Positions 35,672 to 42,679 of a stretch of DNA of 64,000 nt are shown piece after piece (the first letter of the stretch is position 1; the number at the start of each line of letters is the position of its first letter). The stretch is from an uncultured Clostridia bacterium. Lineage in GTDB: Bacteria; Bacillota; Clostridia; Oscillospirales; CAG-272. The stretch lies in NCBI GenBank assembly GCA_944383705.1, contig CALWQR010000002.1, positions 5,118-69,117 on the forward strand. Reading direction: 5' to 3'. The notes below the pieces were generated by a model. That model worked only from the letters and a program-made list of their open reading frames with translations. It was not told the DNA's origin and did no database searches. The position numbers and the translations under genes were made by a program.

Positions 35672-37264
35672 ATGAACAAAGACATTCAGAAACCGTTCAG
35701 ATGGATCTACGCCGCCGGAATGCTGGTACTGGCGGCCGCATTGCTGATTGTAAGCTTTTTGCCCATTGTCAGCCTGCGCAGCACCGGTGAGCCCTCCGAG
35801 TGGTACACCGGCGGGCGGTACACCTCGGTGATGGGGGAGAACGATGAGGACCTGCCCCTGACCTTTGGCACCGCGCTGTTTGCCGTGCAGAATTTCTCAG
35901 ATATTTATACCATTCTGCAGATTCAGGGCTATGAGTCCTCGATTGAGGAGCTGGAGGACAGCATTGCCGAGGAACGCGCCAAGGGCGAGGATGCGTCCGA
36001 ATCCCGGCTGGAGAAGCTGAACACGGAGCTGACCGAAACCGGACTCAAGCTGACCGAGGCGCTGGCCTCCCAGACCGAGGAGCAGAAGGCCGCGCTGGAT
36101 GAAAAGCTGAAGAGCGGCGAGCTGACCCCCCTGTTCCGCTGCACGGAGTCTGCCCTGCAGGCGTTTGTCGGCACCACCTCCGAGGGCAACGCCACCTTCG
36201 GTATCATCAGCGGAATGGTTGGCCTGCTGGCCCTGGTGGCTTACATCCTGTTTGTTGTGATTTTCCCGATTGTAGCCGCCATTTCGCTGCTGGTTCTGCT
36301 CATCCGCTTCCTGACCCGTATGAAGAACCTGGAGGATGAGCAGCTTGCCAAGCTTTCGGCCGTCAAGCTGTACGCCGGGTTTGTTCCGCTTTTCCTGATG
36401 CTCCTGGTGCTGCTCTCGGTCGGCTCTTTCCATGTGTCCCTGAACGGCGGGCTGGTTGCCCTGCTGCTGGTGCTGCTGGCGCTGGCGGTTGCGCTGAACA
36501 TTGCCCGTGAGTGGAATCTGGAGGGCAAGAGCGGCGTTGCCTCGATCATCCGTCAGGGGCTGACCGTGCTCAGCCTGGTGGCCCTGACTGTGATGGCCTT
36601 CGGACTTTCGGGTATGCGCCTGAGCGAGACCTTCATCGCGGATTCCGGCCGGTTCTCGCTGGAATATCAGACCGCCATGGTGGCCTCCGGCAGCAATCTG
36701 ACGACGGCCGGGAGTCAGGCCGACAGCAAGTGCATGCTCGCCGCGGCAATGGTGGTAGGGATTGGTCTGATCGCCGCCATTCTGATTGAAATCGGCCTCC
36801 ATTCTCTGCTGACCGGCCGCAGCGCTACCACAAAGTTCGCCCGCAAAAAGAGCGGTACGCCCAAGTTTATCCTGGCCGGCCTGCTGCTGGTGCTGATGAT
36901 TGCCGTACCCGTGCTGCTGGTTACCGGAAGCGTGGAGTCCCGCAGCTCGGCCGCCCGCAGCGGAAGCTTCAAGGTGATTCTGGACGCCTACCGGGTGGAG
37001 GGCACCGCGGACTATACCGAGTACCAGGCTGCCCAGGTCGCGCTGGACGCCGCCACCGCTACCGGCAGTGCAGAGCTGATTGACCAGGCGCAGGCTACCC
37101 TGGATGGCCTCGAAACCAATCAGAAAGCCTCGCTGACCCTCTCTGTCGCGTTTGCCGTCATCCTCTTTGCTTCCGAAATCTGCTATGCCGTTCTCCCCGG
37201 CAAATTTGAAACGAACGACGCAGCTTCGCCAGAGGAGAAGCCTTTGGAGACCCCCGCCTCGTAA
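35672..37264 (+). CDS. Polytopic membrane protein of unknown function
   Basis: Multiple long hydrophobic segments with an acidic coiled-coil-like loop (EELEDSIAEERAKGEDASESRLEKLNTELTE). GGAGGA RBS before ATG 35672. The last 14 codons and the stop lie in repeat-derived sequence. Confidence 0.7.
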   Translation: MNKDIQKPFRWIYAAGMLVLAAALLIVSFLPIVSLRSTGEPSEWYTGGRYTSVMGENDEDLPLTFGTALFAVQNFSDIYTILQIQGYESSIEELEDSIAEERAKGEDASESRLEKLNTELTETGLKLTEALASQTEEQKAALDEKLKSGELTPLFRCTESALQAFVGTTSEGNATFGIISGMVGLLALVAYILFVVIFPIVAAISLLVLLIRFLTRMKNLEDEQLAKLSAVKLYAGFVPLFLMLLVLLSVGSFHVSLNGGLVALLLVLLALAVALNIAREWNLEGKSGVASIIRQGLTVLSLVALTVMAFGLSGMRLSETFIADSGRFSLEYQTAMVASGSNLTTAGSQADSKCMLAAAMVVGIGLIAAILIEIGLHSLLTGRSATTKFARKKSGTPKFILAGLLLVLMIAVPVLLVTGSVESRSSAARSGSFKVILDAYRVEGTADYTEYQAAQVALDAATATGSAELIDQAQATLDGLETNQKASLTLSVAFAVILFASEICYAVLPGKFETNDAASPEEKPLETPAS

Positions 37265-38150
37265 GATTCCCACCGATGGAGAAGACCTTGGAGGGACCCG
37301 TCTCGTAAGATTCCCACCGATGGAGAAGACCTTGGAGGGACCCGCCTCTTAAGGAGAGGCCGGTCCCTCCAAGCCTCCCCCGGCGAGACCTTTCCCCGGC
37401 ACAGGCCCCCGATTTTCGTATCCTGTATTGCAAATACGGTATGCCCGGGGGCCTGCGCCGGGGAATTTCTTTTGGGGGCGGATGAGGGGTGAGGTCGGCG
37501 GACAGGCGCGGTTGGATAGCATGACTCCGGAACACTGGCCCTTTTGCGCGTTTGGCGGAATGCTTTGAATGGAACAATACGGGATGCGTAACGCGCAGGA
37601 AACAGCAGGCAGCGGGCAACGGGCAGCGGGTAGTTAGTAGTGGCCAGTGGTCTGTGACCAGGAAAAAGCGAGAACAACAGCTGATGTTTAGATATAGACG
37701 CACCCATACCATCAAAAACCGGGCAACCCATGGCGGTTGCCCGGTTTTCTGATATTTTCTGATATGCAGGGCAAATCGCATTGGATGGCGGTATGCTCTT
37801 ATTTTTTGCGCACCTCCCCCAAAAAGACTTCCCCGGCTGTCGCCCGCCGGCGGGGCGATGTCATTGGCGCATACCTGAAAGAAACGTGAAAAGGTGGGAA
37901 ATACCTTCCGGCGTTTTGCTATTGATTCGCGTCTGTCCGCAAACAATAAAATTTCATCCTATCCCAAGAAAAATTCCCCGGCGCGGGCCCCAGGGCATCC
38001 CATATTTGCAATACCGTATGCATTTCTGGGGGCCTGCGCCGGGGAAGGTCTCGCCGGGGGAGGCTTGGAGGGACCGGCCTCTCCTCAAGAGGCGGGTTCC
38101 TCCAAGGTCTTTTCCAGCGGCGGGAATCTTAAGAGGCGGGGCTCTCCAAG
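37265..38150 (+). repeat. Composite palindromic repeat element, copy B (most complete, both arms present), ORF-less
   Basis: Left arm (37265 to about 37560) and right arm (about 37862 to 38150) are inverted copies. Each carries hairpin H1 (37331-37373; 38064-38106) and hairpin H2 (37394-37463; 37976-38044). The core holds a heptamer tract (37601-37656) and a terminator hairpin. Confidence 0.85.
37715..37748. terminator. Terminator-like hairpin inside element B
   Basis: AAAACCGGGCAACC-CATGGC-GGTTGCCCGGTTTT, a perfect 14-bp stem including the A/T tracts. Confidence 0.65.
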
Positions 38151-38184
38151 TTTTTCTCTTTAGCGAATCTCTCCCAAAAGGCGC

Positions 38185-38213
38185 TTGACAGGTTTTTGTG
38201 AATGTGGTATAAT
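38185..38213 (+). promoter_or_regulatory. Sigma-A-type promoter for the ABC exporter operon
   Basis: TTGACA (38185-38190), 17-nt spacer, TATAAT (38208-38213) with TGg extended -10. It starts 35 nt after the end of element B. Confidence 0.65.
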
Positions 38214-38316
38214 AGGGCGGAGACGGAGCGCGGGAGGAACCGGCAGGTCGGAGAAACCGGGAGACCGGCGAAAAAACGGTCTATGGCGGCGCGTTCCGGC
38301 GGAAAGGAGCAGGAAG

Positions 38317-39042
38317 ATGCTGAACATTCAACACCTCACCAAAACCTACGGTGACAAAAAAGCGGTGGACGATTTATCGCTGCACATTGCGCCCGGTGAA
38401 ATTTACGGCTTTATCGGGCATAACGGGGCAGGGAAAACCACCACCATCAAGGCATGCTGCGGGATTTTGCAGTTTGACAGCGGGGAAATTCTCATCGACG
38501 GTCTTTCCATCCGGCAAAAGCCCCTGCAGTGCAAGGCGAAAATCGCATATATACCGGACAATCCGGACCTGTACGAATTTATGACCGGCATCCGGTATCT
38601 CAATTTTATTGCCGATATCTTCGGCGTGAGCGCGGCCGACCGCCGCGAGCGCATCCGCCGGTATGCCGACCTGTTTGAGCTGACGCCGAGCCTGGCGCAG
38701 CCCGTCAGCGCCTACTCGCACGGGATGAAGCAGAAGCTGGCCATCATTTCGGCCTGGCTCCACAGCCCGCAGCTGATTATTATGGATGAGCCGTTTGTCG
38801 GTCTGGATCCCAAGGCCTCCCACCTGCTCAAGGAGATGATGCGGGAGGTCTGCCGGCAGGGCGGCGCCATCTTCTTCTCCACGCACGTGCTGGAGGTGGC
38901 TGAAAAGCTGTGCGATAAGGTTGCCATCATCAAATCCGGCCGGCTGATTCGCTCGGGCACAATGGAGGAGGTCAGGGGAGACGCCTCGCTGGAGGAGGTC
39001 TTTCTGGAACTGGAGGACGGCAATGCTGGGCGCGCTGATTAA
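38317..39042 (+). CDS. ABC transporter ATP-binding protein
   Basis: Walker A GHNGAGKTT, signature YSHGMKQKL, Walker B LIIMDEPFVGLD. GGAAAGGAG RBS. Confidence 0.9.
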   Translation: MLNIQHLTKTYGDKKAVDDLSLHIAPGEIYGFIGHNGAGKTTTIKACCGILQFDSGEILIDGLSIRQKPLQCKAKIAYIPDNPDLYEFMTGIRYLNFIADIFGVSAADRRERIRRYADLFELTPSLAQPVSAYSHGMKQKLAIISAWLHSPQLIIMDEPFVGLDPKASHLLKEMMREVCRQGGAIFFSTHVLEVAEKLCDKVAIIKSGRLIRSGTMEEVRGDASLEEVFLELEDGNAGRAD

Positions 39043-40624
39043 AAAACAGATGCTGGAGGCGTTTGCCTCATTCACCAAGGGCAGCAAGCAGGGCAAAACA
39101 CGCAGCCCGGGCGCGGCGATAGGCATTGGGCTGCTGCTTCTGTTCGCCTATGCGTCGCTGGCATTCTGCTTTGCCATGCTGGCTTTTTCGCTTTGCACCC
39201 CGCTGGCCTCGGCCGGCCTTGGCTGGTTGTATTTTGCGCTGATGGGGAGCTTTGCCACCCTGTTCGGCGTGATAGGCAGCGTGTTTACCACCTACAACGC
39301 GCTGTATGTGGCCAAGGACAACGAGCTGCTGCTGTCCATGCCGATTCCGCCGGCCTGTCTGCTGTTCTCGCGCATGGTGGGGCTGTATCTGATGACCCTG
39401 CTGTTTGAGGCCATTGTGATGGTGCCGGCATGCGTGGTGTATTGGATTTTTGTACCGGCCGGGCCTGCCGCGGTCATCTTTGCTCTGCTCACGGTTCCGG
39501 TGCTCCCGCTGCTGGCGCTGTCCATTTCCTGCATTCTTGGCTGGCTGCTGGCGCTGATTGCGCCGTATGTCAAGCACAAGAGCATTGTAACGGCGCTGCT
39601 TTCGGTGGTGTTTCTGGTGCTGTACTATATTGTGGCGTTCCGCATGAACGACCTGATGCAGAGCCTGATTGCAAACAGTGAGGCGATTGGCGGGCAGTTC
39701 CGGACCGTGCTCTTCCTGTTTTACCAGATGGGCCTGGGGGCCGAGGGCGGCGTGCTTGGATTTCTGCTTTTTGTGCTGATGACTGCCGGGGTTTTTGCCA
39801 TTGTATATGCGGTTCTGTCGGCTAATTTTGTCAAGCTGGCCACCAACAGGCGGGGCGGACCCCGGGCGGTCTACCGCGAAAAGCGCACCGAGGCGCGCCC
39901 GCAGGGTAGGGCGCTGCTGGGCAAGGAGCTTTCCCGCTTCTGGGGCAGTTCGGTGTACCTGCTCAACAGCGGCATGGGATCGCTGTTTCTGATTGTGGGC
40001 GCTGTGGCGGCGCTCGTCAAGGCCGGGTGGATTTCCGAAAACATTACAGCTTTTCTTGCTCAGTCCGGCCTGGCCGATATGCTCCCGCTGCTGCTTTGCG
40101 CCGTGGTCTGTATGGTCGTGTCCATGAATATCGTCACGGCGCCGTCGGTCTCGCTGGAGGGCAGCGGTATCTGGCTCTTGCAGTCGCTTCCGGTCCACCC
40201 GTGGAAGGTGCTGTGCGCCAAGCTGGAGCTGCACCTGCTGATTACGCTTCCGCCCGCGCTGCTTTGCACGGTCGTGCTGCTGGCGGTACTGCGGGTCGGG
40301 GTGCTGGGCGCGGTGCTTTCCGTGCTGACGGTTTGCCTGTTTGTGCTGTTCTGCGCAGCCTTTGGCCTGGTGATGAATCTGCTGTTCCCCAACCTCAAAT
40401 GGAACAGTGAGGCGGTTGCGGTCAAGCAGGGCATGAGCGTGATGCTGGCCATGTTCGGCGGCTGGGGGCTGGTGCTGCTGCTGGGACTGGGGGGATACCT
40501 GTGGTGCCTGATTCTGCCGGCCGCCGGATATCTGGCGGTGTGCGTCGCGGCGCTGGGACTGGGCGGCGGATTGCTGCTGTTCGCCCTACACGGCTGGGGC
40601 AGCCGGCGCTTTGCCGGGCTGTAG
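39023..40624 (+). CDS. Putative ABC exporter permease (large multi-TM, ABC_export-like)
   Basis: Overlaps the ATPase gene by 20 nt. About 12 hydrophobic segments. The N-terminus MLGALIKKQMLEAFASF is typical of this permease family. Confidence 0.75.
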   Translation: MLGALIKKQMLEAFASFTKGSKQGKTRSPGAAIGIGLLLLFAYASLAFCFAMLAFSLCTPLASAGLGWLYFALMGSFATLFGVIGSVFTTYNALYVAKDNELLLSMPIPPACLLFSRMVGLYLMTLLFEAIVMVPACVVYWIFVPAGPAAVIFALLTVPVLPLLALSISCILGWLLALIAPYVKHKSIVTALLSVVFLVLYYIVAFRMNDLMQSLIANSEAIGGQFRTVLFLFYQMGLGAEGGVLGFLLFVLMTAGVFAIVYAVLSANFVKLATNRRGGPRAVYREKRTEARPQGRALLGKELSRFWGSSVYLLNSGMGSLFLIVGAVAALVKAGWISENITAFLAQSGLADMLPLLLCAVVCMVVSMNIVTAPSVSLEGSGIWLLQSLPVHPWKVLCAKLELHLLITLPPALLCTVVLLAVLRVGVLGAVLSVLTVCLFVLFCAAFGLVMNLLFPNLKWNSEAVAVKQGMSVMLAMFGGWGLVLLLGLGGYLWCLILPAAGYLAVCVAALGLGGGLLLFALHGWGSRRFAGL

Positions 40625-40696
40625 GCTCCGGGCGCTTCTGCGTGGCCGGAGCGGTCGCATCGGATTTTTTTGACGAATGGATAACGAAAGGATGCT

Positions 40697-40729
40697 GCCC
40701 TGCCGCCGGAAGCCTTCCGGCGGCAGGGC
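40697..40729. other. 33-nt near-perfect palindrome between the ABC permease and the deaminase gene
   Basis: GCCCTGCCGCCGGAAG-C-CTTCCGGCGGCAGGGC, 16-nt arms. No U-tract. Confidence 0.6.
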
Positions 40730-40739
40730 GAACCGGAAT

Positions 40740-41147
40740 ATGGAACCAATCTGGGAGGAGCTGTACCGCCGCGCCGCGGCTGTACGGCAGGAGAGGCGCA
40801 TTTCGCCCTTTGTGGAAGCCGGCGGCGTGGCCGCGGCGCTCCTGACCGGGGCGGGCAATATTTACACGGGGGTGTGCATTGACACGGCCTGCTCGCTTGG
40901 CATGTGCGCCGAGCGCAACGCCATTGCCAACATGATTACCAACGGGGAGCATGACATCCGCCGCCTGGCGGTTGTCATGCCGGACGGGCAGCTGGGGCAG
41001 CCCTGCGGCGCCTGCCGGGAACTGATGATGCAGCTGGGGCGCGATAGCGGGGAGATTGAAATTCTGACCGACCTCGCCTCCGGCGCCTCGGTCCGGCTGC
41101 GGGAGCTCTGCCCCGACTGGTGGACGGAGGCCCGGTATGACTGCTGA
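40740..41147 (+). CDS. Cytidine/blasticidin-S deaminase family protein (small homotetrameric CDA type)
   Basis: Zn ligand motifs CAERNAI and PCGACRELM. About 135 aa. The overall layout resembles Bsr/BSD-type deaminases. The start is uncertain (weak RBS). Confidence 0.7.
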   Translation: MEPIWEELYRRAAAVRQERRISPFVEAGGVAAALLTGAGNIYTGVCIDTACSLGMCAERNAIANMITNGEHDIRRLAVVMPDGQLGQPCGACRELMMQLGRDSGEIEILTDLASGASVRLRELCPDWWTEARYDC

Positions 41148-41724
41148 ACCGACCGCCTGCGGCTGCCCGGAGCGGACAGGAAGCGCCTCCGCGCCGGTCC
41201 GCTATGCCGTGCTGACGCCGGAGAATTTCGGCCCCCGTTCGCTCGATGGGTTTATCCGGCATCAGGAGGTGCGGGAGTGCTGGCGGCGGATCGGAGGCGA
41301 TTGGGCGCTGGTGCCCGTTGCCTTTACGGAGGAGTGGAGCCGTGCACAGCTCCGTGAGAATGCGGATGCGCTGCTGCGCGCGCTGTTGTCCGGCGGCTAT
41401 GCCTGCGGGGCGTTTTGCGGGCAGACGCTGGTCGGCTACCTCCTGGTGCTGCCGGAGCGCTTCGGCAGCCGGGGGCAGTATATCGAGCTGAAGGAGTTTT
41501 ACGTTTCGGAGCCTTATCGCGGCCGGGGCATCGGCCGGGAGCTGTTTGCACGCGGGGTGGCCTATGCCCGTGCGGCCGGAGCCCAAAAGCTCTATATCTC
41601 GGCGCATTCCTCCCGCGAGAGTCAGGCCGCCTACCGCCGTCTCGGATGTGTGCCGACCCCCGAGCCCGACCCCGCCCGCGCCGCTCGCGAGCCCTGTGAC
41701 GTACAAATGGAATACCTGTTGTGA
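41137..41724 (+). CDS. GNAT-family N-acetyltransferase
   Basis: Acetyl-CoA motif A: FYVSEPYRGRGIGRELFARGVAYARAAG. The start overlaps the deaminase stop. Confidence 0.8.
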   Translation: MTAEPTACGCPERTGSASAPVRYAVLTPENFGPRSLDGFIRHQEVRECWRRIGGDWALVPVAFTEEWSRAQLRENADALLRALLSGGYACGAFCGQTLVGYLLVLPERFGSRGQYIELKEFYVSEPYRGRGIGRELFARGVAYARAAGAQKLYISAHSSRESQAAYRRLGCVPTPEPDPARAAREPCDVQMEYLL

Positions 41725-41916
41725 GAGCTTCGCCGTTGGGAAAGACCTTGGAGAGACCCGCCTCTTAAGGAGAGGCCGGTCCCTCGGGGGCCTCCCCCGG
41801 CGAGACCTTCCCCGGCGCAGGCCCCCAGTATTGCATACGGTATTGCAAATACGGTATGCCCGGGGGCCTGTGCCGGGGAATTTCTTTTGGAGGCGGATGG
41901 ACAATTGGCAATGTGC

Positions 41917-42028
41917 CATTAGCAATTAGCAGTTAGCAGTTAGTAATGAGCAATGAGCAGTGGGAAATGGGCAGTGAACAGTGAACAGTGAACAGTGAAC
42001 AGTGAACAGTGGGCAGTGGTCGGTGGCC
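41917..42028 (+). repeat. Heptanucleotide tandem tract, 16 units (5 perfect AGTGAAC units)
   Basis: cattagc aattagc agttagc agttagt aatgagc aatgagc agtggga aatgggc (agtgaac)x5 agtgggc agtggtc ggtggcc. Confidence 0.9.
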
Positions 42029-42083
42029 CCTAAAAGCAAGGGCAACTGCTGATATGTTACATATGAATATACCCATATCATCA

Positions 42084-42117
42084 AAAACCGGGCAACCCAT
42101 GGCGGCTGTCCGGTTTT
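42084..42117. terminator. Terminator-like hairpin inside element C
   Basis: AAAACCGGGCAACC-CATGGC-GGCTGTCCGGTTTT. A second hairpin plus T-tract follows at 42127-42166. Confidence 0.6.
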
Positions 42118-42427
42118 CTGATATGCAGGGCAAATCGCATTGGATGGCGATAAGCCCTTATTTTTTGCGCACCTCCCAAAAAAGACTTCCCCGGCTGCCG
42201 CCCGCCGGCGGGGCGCTGTCATTGGCGATTTTCTCAACAGGCGGGCGGCGGTCGGGGAAGGTCTCGCAAGGGGAGGTTTGGAGGGGACTGCCTCTCCGAA
42301 AGAGGCGGCCCCTCCAAGGTCTTCTTCCCCAGCGGCATCTATCTTTCGCCAGACGGTGGGCGGGCAAGAGATACAATTCTTACATGGGTATTTCCGTAAT
42401 TTTTGGAGCCGGAAATGGAAAAAGCAC

Positions 42428-42456
42428 TTGACAAATCCGTCCGGGTGTGCTATACT
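42428..42456 (+). promoter_or_regulatory. Sigma-A-type promoter for the pyr operon
   Basis: TTGACA (42428-42433), 17-nt spacer, TATACT (42451-42456). Confidence 0.65.
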
Positions 42457-42679
42457 ATAATCGCAATTTTTAAGTCGGTACCGCGATGCCGGCAAGATTG
42501 GGGAAACAGCCGCCGTGCGCACCGTACCGGGTGCGGCGGGGTGGCTTTGCGTGCGTGTCAATCCTGCCGGAGGCAGGATTTTTTTGTTGCCGCCCGGGGA
42601 CGTGCGGGTGACCGCGCGCCGGTGCTTTGCCGATGTTTTGCCGGTGTTTTGGAGTATTACAGAAAAGGAATGGAACCGC
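42457..42679 (+). promoter_or_regulatory. pyr operon leader with transcription attenuator (PyrR-type regulation expected)
   Basis: A leader of about 220 nt upstream of pyrR contains a competing hairpin (CCGCCGTGCGCACC...GGTGCGGCGG) and an intrinsic terminator. The canonical PyrR-binding loop (UCCAGAGAGG) was not found by eye. Confidence 0.5.
42560..42586 (+). terminator. Intrinsic terminator (attenuator) in the pyr leader
   Basis: AATCCTGCC-GGA-GGCAGGATT followed by TTTTTTG. Confidence 0.75.

Larger units (their letters stand above)
41725..42339 (+). repeat. Composite palindromic repeat element, copy C, ORF-less
   Basis: Begins immediately after the GNAT stop codon. Contains H1 (about 41746-41786), H2 (41810-41878), a heptamer tract, two terminator-like hairpins and an H1 variant (about 42277-42317). 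It is the reverse-complement homolog of copy A. Confidence 0.85.

Noticed and set aside
40677-40739. Upstream ATG (40677) as the start of the deaminase gene
   Set aside because: It would translate straight through the 33-nt palindrome as MLPCRRKPSGGRANRN, adds no conserved sequence and has no RBS. ATG 40740 matches where CDA-family proteins begin, although its RBS is also weak.
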